Made by a program: the position numbers and the translations under genes | Virus record (IMG/VR): IMGVR_UViG_3300017991_000048 | Coordinates: 62,001-126,000 of that record | Strand: one strand, 5' to 3' | DNA length: 64,000 nucleotides | The notes under the pieces: generated by a model | Database searches by the model: none | What the model was told of the DNA's origin: nothing | The model's input: the letters and a program-made list of their open reading frames with translations, nothing else | In this document: positions 9,942 through 19,337 of the stretch, piece after piece | Position numbering within the stretch: position 1 is the first letter of the stretch | How the letters are laid out: every line of letters starts with the position of its first letter

Positions 9942-10093
9942 ATCACTGTCAGCAGACGGTCGCACCAAAACTTACCCCAGATAGCCGACGTCTGTAGCCA
10001 AAAAGCTGTAATTTTGTTGCACATACCTAAGGTTTCGTATGGCAAAAAAAGTCAAAAAAGTCAAATCACTGTCAGCAGACGGTCGCACCAAAA
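9942..10093 (+). repeat. 29-bp perfect direct repeat (9942-9970 and 10065-10093)
   Basis: ATCACTGTCAGCAGACGGTCGCACCAAAA occurs twice, once intergenic and once in the 5' end of CDS 10039. Confidence 0.9.
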
Positions 10094-10548
10094 AGAAGGT
10101 GATAAGAACCATTGAGGATGAGATCAGATATCTTGTCGATAAAGACGTTCACATTTACATCGATGATAGGAAAACCAAAGATTTGCAGGAACAATTGAAG
10201 CACGAACGTCAGCAAGTGCTTGTGCTGGAAACTTCTATTTTGGAGTACAAGAGAGTTTGCGCTGAAGCGGCTGTGGAGTTTAGAAGCTATCGCCGGGGTG
10301 CAAAAAATAGAGAGTTCTCAGATGAATTAGCAGAGCTACAATATGAGTTGGGTGCATTGAAAAAACCCAACTGGCGTCCCACCGTGTTGTTTGCCAAGTT
10401 TGTGGTTTCAAAATACTTCAAGACGGCAAAGAGTCTGGGAGAAGCTTCTAAGCTTAGGAAAAAGCTCGATGAAGTGTGGGACAAAGCTCAGGAAGAGTGG
10501 ACCACTTTCGGTCCACATACGCTTTGGGAAGCGGTAAGAGATAACTGA
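10039..10548 (+). CDS. Paralog family A member 7
   Basis: LQYELGALKKPNWRP..DEVW..HTLWEAV. Confidence 0.7.
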   Translation: MAKKVKKVKSLSADGRTKKKVIRTIEDEIRYLVDKDVHIYIDDRKTKDLQEQLKHERQQVLVLETSILEYKRVCAEAAVEFRSYRRGAKNREFSDELAELQYELGALKKPNWRPTVLFAKFVVSKYFKTAKSLGEASKLRKKLDEVWDKAQEEWTTFGPHTLWEAVRDN

Positions 10549-11159
10549 TGTCTAAGCGACTCCTTCAAGTAATAAACTTTGTTCCGATGGTGATATGGGC
10601 ATTGGCGGCTGTGGCTGCTTACGTCATCAACTTCGAGGACAAGACGGTTTGGTCAACTGGCCTTTTTACTCTATGTGCTGTCACACTAAGCATTCTTTAT
10701 ACTATTAAAACGGAAAGCCCCTCAAAGCAGGAGCCTGAGGGCCGTTGTAATGAGTGTCACCGGGAAATCCGTTTAAGTGACCCGGCCACCCGATCGTTTG
10801 TTACATGCGCGTCTCCGCATGGCACTCCCTACGGCAGCGAGACTATCTACCTATGCCGCCGTCATTGTCGTACTCAATATCTTGCCAAACTTTTACAGGT
10901 TGCGGATTCCATAACCGAACCTAGAGATGATTTAGATTATTTACGACAACGGACGCCGCCGCATCCGGTATTACCTCCGATACCTCCTCCCCTTACCCGG
11001 CCAGGACGGGTAATGAACGATCTTTACGGTGAGAACTATCTAGAGCACATGGAAGAATTGGAGCGGCAATACGGCGACTTGAAGCATATGGAAGGCGAGC
11101 CTCAAGAAGGTGAACCCGAAGGGCCTGAAAAGGATCTCTGGGATTACGTCAAAGGATAG
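10548..11159 (+). CDS. Membrane protein + zinc finger with LWDYV tail
   Basis: Two TM segments, CNEC..LCRRHC, Pro-rich linker, ends KDLWDYVKG. Confidence 0.65.
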   Translation: MSKRLLQVINFVPMVIWALAAVAAYVINFEDKTVWSTGLFTLCAVTLSILYTIKTESPSKQEPEGRCNECHREIRLSDPATRSFVTCASPHGTPYGSETIYLCRRHCRTQYLAKLLQVADSITEPRDDLDYLRQRTPPHPVLPPIPPPLTRPGRVMNDLYGENYLEHMEELERQYGDLKHMEGEPQEGEPEGPEKDLWDYVKG

Positions 11160-11162
11160 AAA

Positions 11163-11570
11163 ATGGAATATGAAACATCAGATAAAGCGTTTAATGCAAC
11201 CAAAGACCTTCTGGACCTGATGGTGGCAGCGGGTATCCCCCGGCAAGTGGCAGTGGATACCGTCGAAAAGGCCAGTAAGAATCTGGTCCGCATAGGTATA
11301 GAGATCAATCAGTCGGTGGTACAGGACATGGTTGCGGTTTGCAGAGAAGCTGTAAGTACTGCTTTTACGCCTGAAGGTGTTGCACCTTGGCTGGCACCTC
11401 TCAAAGAGCCGTTTCTGAAGGCTGTTGGTCCTGGTGTTGTTGAGGCTCTTGACAAGTATGCCGGTGAGCAAGGGTCTGAAAAGCTCAGCAAAGCGTGGGG
11501 AGAGCTTGGGGAAGCCTTTGTTGCTCAACTTGGGATCATCATTGACACCGGGATGGAAGAGAGAAGTTAA
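11163..11570 (+). CDS. Hypothetical helical protein
   Basis: Clean ORF in operon. Confidence 0.55.
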   Translation: MEYETSDKAFNATKDLLDLMVAAGIPRQVAVDTVEKASKNLVRIGIEINQSVVQDMVAVCREAVSTAFTPEGVAPWLAPLKEPFLKAVGPGVVEALDKYAGEQGSEKLSKAWGELGEAFVAQLGIIIDTGMEERS

Positions 11571-11572
11571 AA

Positions 11573-11860
11573 ATGGAGCACAACTTTTGGCTAGTAGTGG
11601 CTTGCGCTCTGGGTTGGGCTTTGGTCTTTTTCGAATGGTGGCTGAACAAAGAGTGGCAGCGGGACATGCTTAAAAAGAGCGACTCCCTCTTTAAGGAAAT
11701 GGATAAGCTGCACCAGATGTATGTGGATCGTGACGCAGACATAAAGCAGATGACCCAAGAAATTCACGAGGCATTGAGTACCGAAGATCTACCGACTTGT
11801 AATCCGGGTACTTTCCACCCATGCTCAGATCCTCAGCCTGTGGGCATGTCTTTTCCGTAA
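11573..11860 (+). CDS. Membrane-anchored coiled-coil protein; C-terminus read from thaumatin antisense
   Basis: N-terminal TM; last ~27 codons overlap the minus-strand thaumatin domain. Confidence 0.5.
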   Translation: MEHNFWLVVACALGWALVFFEWWLNKEWQRDMLKKSDSLFKEMDKLHQMYVDRDADIKQMTQEIHEALSTEDLPTCNPGTFHPCSDPQPVGMSFP

Positions 11861-12353
11861 GACCGGTACAATCGGCTATTTTACAGTTTCCCTGGCCCAC
11901 GTCCGTTGCTAACGGGATTATCTTGAATTGTGGTTCGGAGTACCCATTGACCAGACTGAGGTCAACCCAGACCCGACCTGTGTCTCTGGCATCAAACGTA
12001 AGCTCGAACTCTGGCATACTGTTCGGCTGGCAGCCGGGGCTTATCGGATTGGAGCACGGATTCCAGGCTTGACCCCACGTGCAATTTTGCCCGGTCTTGT
12101 CACACCCGACTTTGGGCCAGATTGAGATACTTGGAAAGCTTCCGTCGCCAACCTTAAATTCAACTGACGTGCCCTTTGGTATGGAAGTGTCTGCATCATG
12201 TCCAGGCAGATTTAACTGGTGCGTCCAAAGGTCTTCAGAGCAATTGTTTGTGATTTTGATATACCGTTCGGCTACTGACTCAGCTTCAGCTTCTATTTCA
12301 GCGTCACAACCGAGACAGAGACAGGTTATTAGTAATGATAGTAGTAGTTTCAT
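11691..12353 (-). CDS. Thaumatin-like (PR-5/osmotin family) lipoprotein, apparently C-terminally truncated
   Basis: Lipobox LGC; ITNNCSEDLW, IWPKVGC, NCTWG, EFELT, VDLSLVNGY, thaumatin Cys spacing; resemblance stops after VDLR (~11780). Confidence 0.75.
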   Translation of the reverse strand: MKLLLSLLITCLCLGCDAEIEAEAESVAERYIKITNNCSEDLWTHQLNLPGHDADTSIPKGTSVEFKVGDGSFPSISIWPKVGCDKTGQNCTWGQAWNPCSNPISPGCQPNSMPEFELTFDARDTGRVWVDLSLVNGYSEPQFKIIPLATDVGQGNCKIADCTGLTEKTCPQAEDLSMGGKYPDYKSVDLRYSMPREFLGSSALCLRHDPHTSGAAYPFP

Positions 12354-12392
12354 CCTTGGCTCCATACCAAGGCGGGTATTATCAAAGATCTC

Positions 12393-12623
12393 TCAATCTT
12401 CAGGGTAGTACCCAACAATTTCCAGTAGCTGAAAAGCCAACTCAGGAAGTGCGTTGTTCACGTTGTCCTGTTGCAGGAGACTTTCAGCACAGCTTGGCCG
12501 GTGCTCATTTCGCCATTCTTCTATAATTTTGTGGAGTTTTCGCAATTCTTGAAGCTCTTTGGTTCTTTGTTCTAGTAGCTGTCGAGTGCCGATTAGTTCT
12601 TTGTGCATGGCTGATTCAAACAT
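12393..12623 (-). CDS. Coiled-coil hypothetical protein
   Basis: ATG at 12623 overlaps upstream stop. Confidence 0.45.
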   Translation of the reverse strand: MFESAMHKELIGTRQLLEQRTKELQELRKLHKIIEEWRNEHRPSCAESLLQQDNVNNALPELAFQLLEIVGYYPED

Positions 12624-13227
12624 TTGGATCTCCTGGTTCTCCTGCTGGTCCTGTCGAACAATATGGCGATCCAACTGGACCTGTCGGTGGCCCAGTTGGG
12701 CCTGTAGCTCCGATGCAGGCCGATATTGTGATCCCGGCTTCACGGCAAATATCTAGGATTTGCCTTTGTTCTGGCGTCTCATATACGAATGCAGAACCGT
12801 CTCCTCTTATAACCCTTTCGTCTGCTAGAAGCGAGATTCTACGAAACATATCTTGAAATCGATCGTGGTCTTGTTGGCGTTGCATTGCCAAACGCCACAT
12901 TTTTGCAGGTATTCTGTATTGGAACCCCTCTTCGTGTGGGTCACTGCTACTGACACATTGGATGTCGTAAAGTGGGTATTCAACCCCGTGTTCCGCGACG
13001 ACAATGTAAGTTGCTTCGTCGATTTCAAGAGCTTGATTCATGGGATCGGGATCGTGTGGCTCTTGCACATGCTCCCATAGGGTCTTATTAGGCCCGACCT
13101 CTCTGGCTTCGATATCGACTGGTTTAACACACTGAGGGCAGAATCGCCTGCTTATGGAATCGTCCATTCCGGTGCCGCCGCATGTCTCACATTTAGGGTC
13201 TGTTGTCAGGACTCGCATTCTGGTCAT
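12616..13227 (-). CDS. Zn-finger + internal LWEHV + GATGP-rich tail protein
   Basis: CETCGGTG..CPQC; KTLWEHVQ at residue ~50; GATGPTGP..GEPGDP. Confidence 0.6.
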   Translation of the reverse strand: MTRMRVLTTDPKCETCGGTGMDDSISRRFCPQCVKPVDIEAREVGPNKTLWEHVQEPHDPDPMNQALEIDEATYIVVAEHGVEYPLYDIQCVSSSDPHEEGFQYRIPAKMWRLAMQRQQDHDRFQDMFRRISLLADERVIRGDGSAFVYETPEQRQILDICREAGITISACIGATGPTGPPTGPVGSPYCSTGPAGEPGDPNV

Positions 13228-13475
13228 TCTCTAAGATGCTCCCATAAAGTCTTGGTATTGCTGCGTTTTGAACCATAGTAGCAGTCCGTTCGGCAAACGG
13301 GTCTATTACAGTTTACACATTTAAGCCCCGTTCTATTGAGACTTTCAGCCCTGCACTCCGTTGAGCACCAAAGAGCGTCAGACCACAGGCGTTTTTCAAA
13401 AAACTGTCCAGTTTGCCACCGGAAATAGGTTTTTTCAGGCGGGATTTCTTTACCACACTGGCAGTACTTTGACAT
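13224..13475 (-). CDS. Zinc-finger protein with LWEHL tail
   Basis: CQC..WCSTEC; CVNC..C; ends KTLWEHLRE. Confidence 0.7.
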   Translation of the reverse strand: MSKYCQCGKEIPPEKTYFRWQTGQFFEKRLWSDALWCSTECRAESLNRTGLKCVNCNRPVCRTDCYYGSKRSNTKTLWEHLRE

Positions 13476-13481
13476 AGAACC

Positions 13482-13500
13482 CGGTGTAATATACTACACC
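13482..13500. promoter_or_regulatory. Overlapping divergent GGTGTA[AG]TAT motifs
   Basis: CGGTGTAATAT on + (13482-13492) and GGTGTAGTAT on - (13500-13491) between divergent genes. Confidence 0.6.
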
Positions 13501-13525
13501 AAACCCTTGAAAAGGAAGAGTTATA

Positions 13526-13771
13526 ATGGGAGTCACTTTACGTTCAGCAATGGTAATTCAGAGCAACCCCGATTCACTTCAGATAATTACAGGACGTGAC
13601 TCAAAAACGGACAAATGGGGCGCTGAATTGTGGTTAAAACACGGTGATGTTCCGCATGAGCTGTTATTGTCCACAAATCCGGAGTTTGAGGGTAGAAAAG
13701 AAGCGCGGAAGGCTATGCAAGAGGTAGTGGACGAAGTTAAAAAGGTTGACCTAAAAGCTAAGTTCCCGTGA
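13526..13771 (+). CDS. Hypothetical protein
   Basis: Clean ORF downstream of motif. Confidence 0.55.
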   Translation: MGVTLRSAMVIQSNPDSLQIITGRDSKTDKWGAELWLKHGDVPHELLLSTNPEFEGRKEARKAMQEVVDEVKKVDLKAKFP

Positions 13772-13807
13772 TCACCCGAACTGTTTTCCGACCATATTTC
13801 GTAGGTT

Positions 13808-14158
13808 TTAGGCTTTTTCCAAGACATGATCCCAGAGAGTTTTGTGTCCAAAAGTCTGTCGCATTTTCTTTACACTACCGAAGCCCAGAATGATCCAGTT
13901 GTCTTTACAGTCTGAGCAAATCGTATCTTCCATCGGAATGTCGGTAAAACGGCGGTATAGGTGATGTTCGCCGCAAGCGCAGACCAGACAGAGTAAAGTT
14001 ATCTCATTAATGTCCGTGTACCCCACCATGTTAGGCCAGTTATCAACATCAATGTTGGCGTCGGCAAAGTACTGTCTCAGATTGTCCCGGCGCTCTTCTT
14101 TGGTGTCTCCAATAAGAACCAGGGGAACATTCACTTGCTTGTATTTAGAAAGGGGCAT
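13808..14158 (-). CDS. Zinc-ribbon protein with LWDHV tail
   Basis: CACG..CSDC; ends KTLWDHVLEKA. Confidence 0.65.
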   Translation of the reverse strand: MPLSKYKQVNVPLVLIGDTKEERRDNLRQYFADANIDVDNWPNMVGYTDINEITLLCLVCACGEHHLYRRFTDIPMEDTICSDCKDNWIILGFGSVKKMRQTFGHKTLWDHVLEKA

Positions 14159-14402
14159 CGGGGTCTACGTTTTTCCACCAAACTTCAAAATCATCTCTCA
14201 CATGATCCCAAAATGTTATCGTCGAATAGTTCATAACTCCAAATTCAAATGAGCGCTCTCTGCATACAGACGAACACCAAAACCCTGGCCTAATTTTTAG
14301 GCGTGTTGAAAAGAGCCTGTCGATCATGTCTCCTGTCATGTCGTAAGCCCGGAGCCCATTCTCGTCTTTTGTGTGCTTGGCGCACCAGTCACAACGAGGC
14401 AT
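14145..14402 (-). CDS. Zinc-finger protein with FWDHV motif
   Basis: CDWC..WCSSVC; ITFWDHVRD. Confidence 0.65.
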   Translation of the reverse strand: MPRCDWCAKHTKDENGLRAYDMTGDMIDRLFSTRLKIRPGFWCSSVCRERSFEFGVMNYSTITFWDHVRDDFEVWWKNVDPDAPF

Positions 14403-14501
14403 TCTTAGTAGTACACCGATCTTACCGTGGTTTCAATGTTTCACGTGAAACTATTGCGGGTTTTAGCTAGATTCCAGTTTCTTTTATCAGATTCCAGAAG
14501 C

Positions 14502-15113
14502 ATGGGAATCAAAAAGAGCCAAATTGGAACCGTTGCAGCCGCCAGCCCCGCTGTGCAACCCGCTGTGACAATCGAAGATGAGGGAACCCCGGTAGAAACG
14601 TCCCTACTTGTTATGGACTTTACCGGCGCAGGTGTCACAAGTACCCAGTCATCGCCGGGTAATGTGGACGTGGCAATTCCGGGAGCAGCCCCTGGTAGTG
14701 AACGGAGTATTGTCAATCCTATTGTAACACCGGCTACCCCGATGCCTTACCTCGCCATGTTTGGTGAGACGATCATTTGTGACCTATCAGCCGCTCCCGG
14801 TACTTTGATCACTATTCAATTACCCCCCACTCCAGACCCAAGTTTTGATGGTCTGTTCGTTGAAGTAAAAAATATGTCCACAACCCCCGGTGGTGGAACA
14901 GGAATTCAAGTTGTTCCGGACCCTGGCAGTGGTGTGGGAGGGATTGACTTGAGTCCTGTTTTCGTCTTTCCGGTTCTGGTTCAAGATCTTTACGGTGTTA
15001 AGTTCAGGGTGGCTAACGGCGCTCGCCCTGGCGGTGGCCCTCCTGTGGATTTCTGGGCTGCAATCTTACACTTCCACGCAGACGGCGATTACAACCCCTA
15101 TCTGCCGCCATAG
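14502..15113 (+). CDS. Pro/Gly/Thr-rich beta-strand protein, possibly virion-associated
   Basis: Stand-alone gene followed by terminator; composition only. Confidence 0.4.
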   Translation: MGIKKSQIGTVAAASPAVQPAVTIEDEGTPVETSLLVMDFTGAGVTSTQSSPGNVDVAIPGAAPGSERSIVNPIVTPATPMPYLAMFGETIICDLSAAPGTLITIQLPPTPDPSFDGLFVEVKNMSTTPGGGTGIQVVPDPGSGVGGIDLSPVFVFPVLVQDLYGVKFRVANGARPGGGPPVDFWAAILHFHADGDYNPYLPP

Positions 15114-15144
15114 TCACACACCCCCAAGGTATACCCTTGGGCCT

Positions 15145-15174
15145 GCCGTGGGCATTGCCCACGGCTTTTAATTT
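15145..15174 (+). terminator. Intrinsic terminator
   Basis: GCCGTGGGC-ATT-GCCCACGGC stem followed by TTTTAATTT; second hairpin CCCAAGG/CCTTGGG just upstream. Confidence 0.75.
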
Positions 15175-15533
15175 ACGTCCTCTTCGACTTCCCGGCAAAC
15201 ATTCGGATTGTCTTCACATTCGCAGCACTGGTCCTCAGTCTCGTTCATTTCTTTGTGTCTAGCGGTTGCGCTCAACAAATTAGCCAGATCTAGAAGTCGT
15301 CCCGCAATATCGAATAGTGCGGCTTCCTTGGTATTGATCCAGTCCGTGACTCTAACATCCGGGCCAAAACCAATAACGCAGAAATAATCTAGATCCCCTT
15401 CTAGCATACAGCCTATCGCTGGAATCACGCTTTCTTGTAATATTCGTGCCTCTGTTGGGCATCCATCAGAGGATTCCAGCATATCTGCCAAAACTCGTAA
15501 ACCTTGGGCCGCTGCTTCTCGTTCTTTAGTCAT
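15168..15533 (-). CDS. Hypothetical protein
   Basis: Clean ORF, GGTGTAAT upstream. Confidence 0.55.
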   Translation of the reverse strand: MTKEREAAAQGLRVLADMLESSDGCPTEARILQESVIPAIGCMLEGDLDYFCVIGFGPDVRVTDWINTKEAALFDIAGRLLDLANLLSATARHKEMNETEDQCCECEDNPNVCREVEEDVN

Positions 15534-15610
15534 GCCCCTAATTACACCCCTTATGTAGAGTAAGCAAGAATTTCGTTGATGGATCGGGGGGTTCGGTGTA
15601 ATACATAAGA

Positions 15611-15871
15611 GTGCAATATTACTATGAAGACGTGCCGGGGTTAGGTAATGTAGCTCTCAGCCGACATGCTCAAACCAAGGCTGAAGAGCAACAAATAACA
15701 GACCGGCAAGTTGAATCCGTTCTTTATGGTGGGAAAAGCATCCCAGACGGCGATTCGATTTGGAGAGAACGAAAAGGCATTCGTCTGGTAATTATTACGC
15801 CAACACCATTTCGAGGTGCCAAGCTGGTCAAAACCATGTACCGGATCGAACCCCAAGCAAGAGTAAGATGA
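15611..15871 (+). CDS. DUF4258-like (RelE/BrnT-fold-like) small protein
   Basis: LSRHA..ITDRQVESVLYGG..LVKTMY pattern; motif-N6-GTG start. Confidence 0.5.
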   Translation: MQYYYEDVPGLGNVALSRHAQTKAEEQQITDRQVESVLYGGKSIPDGDSIWRERKGIRLVIITPTPFRGAKLVKTMYRIEPQARVR

Positions 15872-16332
15872 CATATTTTTATACCTTACTGGCTCTCTTT
15901 GCAGGTTCTGTTTTACTTGCCCGGTGGCAATACAGCAGAGCGCACAGTATGTGGCGTTATCTTTGGTATCAGCATTGGGGGGTGCGCCAAAAACAACGGG
16001 CGTTTTCTCGCTGGTTGTGGGCACGATACCCTCGATTTATGCGGTTTAAATGGCGAGTGACGGCTCCTTATTATCGACTCAAGCATCACGATCTGACATG
16101 GAAGATTCGAATCAAACTTGACCATTGGTGGTTTCTCTACGCTCACTTTTGGGTGCCAAAGTGTAAGCACCACCCAAAAGTCATGCTCATGGCTGGCACT
16201 TGTATGGCGTGTATGGCACGGAAAGTGGGGGAGGAACAGAACCGGAAAGCTAAACTCGCCAATCTAACTGGCAAAGGCGATGGTAAAGACCCGTTGCCGC
16301 CTGATTTTCTGGAAAAAATGTTTGGGGGCTAG
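15868..16332 (+). CDS. Membrane-anchored Trp/Arg-rich protein
   Basis: N-terminal TM, ATGA overlap. Confidence 0.5.
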   Translation: MTYFYTLLALFAGSVLLARWQYSRAHSMWRYLWYQHWGVRQKQRAFSRWLWARYPRFMRFKWRVTAPYYRLKHHDLTWKIRIKLDHWWFLYAHFWVPKCKHHPKVMLMAGTCMACMARKVGEEQNRKAKLANLTGKGDGKDPLPPDFLEKMFGG

Positions 16333-16344
16333 AGTTTCCCGGAG

Positions 16345-16842
16345 TTGAGTTGTAATAGCTGTATGTCTGACTGTAACGGATGTGGCTATTGTTGTCTTAA
16401 AACGCCTTGTGAAGCGGCTCACCGGGTTTATGGGCCGGGTATCGCTGTCTGTCCAGCCCTTACCTGGACCGGAGAACGCCATATTTGCCAACTGATGGAA
16501 CTCCCATCCGGTCTGGGTGAACGCTTTAGAGCGGAACTTCACGCCGGGGCAGGCTGTTGCTGTGGTCTTAACTCATGGCGTCAAGATGTCCGTAACCGTA
16601 TTCCAGCTAAAAAGCTTACAAAAGAGGCGCGTATCCCTTCAATTATGCAGCTTTTTCTGGCTTGTTTGGGGCGGCAATGGATCGGTGGCGATGCCATTAT
16701 GCTCGCTCTATACGCTTTTCAGGCCGAACTGGTCGATTCAGGTATGGATGAGGCCGAAGCCGAAGCTATTGTAGGTAAATGCCTACATTACCTCAAAGAT
16801 CACCGTAAAGGCTCTTTGGACGATTTTCTTGGCGGTCTTTGA
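16345..16842 (+). CDS. YkgJ-like CxxCxxCC Zn/Fe-chelating protein
   Basis: CNGCGYCC..PC..CPAL..C pattern. Confidence 0.55.
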   Translation: MSCNSCMSDCNGCGYCCLKTPCEAAHRVYGPGIAVCPALTWTGERHICQLMELPSGLGERFRAELHAGAGCCCGLNSWRQDVRNRIPAKKLTKEARIPSIMQLFLACLGRQWIGGDAIMLALYAFQAELVDSGMDEAEAEAIVGKCLHYLKDHRKGSLDDFLGGL

Positions 16843-16942
16843 CTTTATTTTGATACTACACCTAAGCCATGGACCACAATCGTTGGAAAGAAAGACGAGC
16901 GGCCCTAACTTTTCTTTTCTCAGTTCTTGGCTGGCACTGGTT

Positions 16943-17272
16943 TCAACTGTTGTTTCTTGGCGGTCTTTGACCCTCTACCCAGGCGACAATCCGTTGACCC
17001 TCTTCTCTGGTGAACTGGTTTTGTTGGTTCTTTGTGAATCTTTCTGCGACTACCTCTCGGAAAGCTTTTTGACCGTCGTCAGTGATAATCAGGCCAATTG
17101 TTGCCGGGGATAATGCAAGAACTGTTACCACATCCCACAAAGTTATATGTGGTTTTGTTTCCTTCAGATCTTTTCTGCCCACAACCCTTAGAAACTCGAA
17201 GTGTAGGGACGCTGACGTATACATGAGGGCTATGAACGATGCTGCCCAGTATGCAATTAGTACGTGAACCAT
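16943..17272 (-). CDS. Membrane protein
   Basis: Start MVHVL at 17272; hydrophobic segments; TLWDVV internal. Confidence 0.4.
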   Translation of the reverse strand: MVHVLIAYWAASFIALMYTSASLHFEFLRVVGRKDLKETKPHITLWDVVTVLALSPATIGLIITDDGQKAFREVVAERFTKNQQNQFTREEGQRIVAWVEGQRPPRNNS

Positions 17273-19331
17273 TTTGGCCTTGACATACTGCGAGTGTTGT
17301 CTACTCTGTAGGCACCAAAAGAGGTCGGGTCCGTTGCTCGACAAAGGGCGCTCTTACCGGGCGTCCTTTTTTCTTCCTCTCTCAAGTGGTCCCAGAGATT
17401 TTTGTCAGGGTAGACAAGGGTACACTTGGGTTCGCCCCTGTCTCTACATCCTTCGCAGTGCGGCCCGATACACGGGACTACTGACTCTGGAATTTCATTT
17501 GGATTCCATGCATCAAAAAATTCAGTCATTTTCCAGGTGCTCCCATAGGTCTTTGGTAGAGCCTTGCATCACAGTTTGGTTTCTAATGCTTTGTAAAGAA
17601 ACCTCAAGCCTTAAACTATGGTTCATGCGGCAGTTGTGAGTACAAAGGTGGTGTGTTCCCTTGTCATTGAAGAATCGAATCGAATTTACATGGCCCTCTG
17701 TAATACTGTGACCACACTCAACACATTTTGGACGCATCATTGCTTCAGAGAATGCTAGTTCCGCTGGTCCAGGCGTGGCTATCGATGTCAAAAACTTCTG
17801 ATGATCCTCTTCGAGCGCTCTTTTATTTTGGCTGGTTCTTTTCCAAAGCATAACAAGCGTTAGTGCCCCGAAAAACATATAGAGTCCGATTCCTATTCCT
17901 TTGAATAATTCCTGGTATTCAGGAGCCATTTTTAGGTACCTCTGTTACGTGATCCCAGAGAATTTTGTCCGGTCCCGGTTGTTGCCTTCTGGCTACTTTT
18001 CTGCTGCAAGCAGGGGTACAATATGTTCCAGCGACATAGGCAGAAAGGTAAACTTCATTGACGATAGGCTGCATATCCCCACACTCGTCACAGCGCCAAT
18101 AAAGTACGGTCGTACAGGGAATTCTAAAAACTTTGACTGACCGGGTTTCCTCAGTCAGCGGTACGTAAGGATTCACTCCTTCATGGCACTGCTCACTAAG
18201 CTTGAACACGCTGTGGACACAATCCGGTGAACAATAAGCGTGATCGTCTATCTCCATACAGGGCGGATCACAGAAAGTTCCGCAGTAATAACAATCAGGC
18301 ATCTTTCACGTGGTCCCACAAGTTCTTAGGTTCCTCTTCTTTTTCAGCCTTGTTTTTGCATTTGTCAGAGCACCATGCGCCGATGATCTTAGTACTAAAG
18401 ACCACATTATTTGTATAAAGTTCCGTGCCGCATTCACATTGACGGTGCAGCTTTACTTTAAGTGATCTGCCCAAGCCTCTGACAGTCTCCTCAAAGCTAT
18501 TCGTGGTTTCAGCGGCAGCATGGCTCACTGCCGTAAATGCTTTCGATAGCTCTTCGGCGCTGTATTTGGGTAGCGTTTCTACTATGTTAGATAGTGTATT
18601 GGTTGTACTTGAAGACTCAATGATCGCTCTGGAAGCCTCAGTGATACAGGTTGGGCAATAAGTGGGAGGTGGGTGCCCGACGAAAGAAAAGTAGTTGTGA
18701 CAATGACGGCAGCGAGGCATTTTATTCCCTGAGACAGTCCCAAAGAGCAGAGGGTGGCTTGGCTTTAGCCGAACGCCCCTTGGTGCGGTTTTTCTTTTTC
18801 CGCAATTTTTTACGCTCGCCGCTTTCTACTGCGGTATTTTTAAGAAATACTTTATAACACTTATGAGAGCAGAAGTTATCAGCGATAGAAATTTTAAAGT
18901 CTGTTCCACAGACGGCACATTGGCCTCGAAGATGCTGCCAAAGATTTTTATTGCTTTGGTCCATTTAGCTTTCTGTAATGCAAGTCCAAAGTGTCCAAGG
19001 GGGCGGAGTCGGTCCTACTTCATAGACTTCGTAATAAGTTGGATTGGTTGTAGCTGTAAGAGGGTCAGAAGATTGCCTTGCGACTTCGTGGTATTCACCA
19101 TCGTCTCCTAGCCGATAAAGGCGATCCCCCACTCGTAGCTCATCCATTTTAAGTTTCCCTCAGATGATCCCAAAGGGTTCTGTTGGGAGCGGGATGTTGG
19201 ATGTCCCCGCTACATACTTCGGTCCATTCAGACGGATAAGCGTAAACAAAGTCATCTGATTTCTTCGGTTTCCAGTTTTCGCGGAAAAGATGATATATAT
19301 CACGGTTTCGGTTGGGTCTCCATTCTGCCAT
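17257..19331 (-). other. Operon of 7 small genes all carrying LWDH-type motifs (17257-17529, 17522-17929, 17919-18302, 18295-18720, 18722-18964, 18965-19147, 19149-19331)
   Basis: KNLWDHL, KDLWEHL, KILWDHV, KNLWDHV, NLWQHL+ALWDCL, TLWTCI, RTLWDHL; four contain CxxC..CSxxC fingers. Confidence 0.7.
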
Positions 19332-19337
19332 GTTTAT

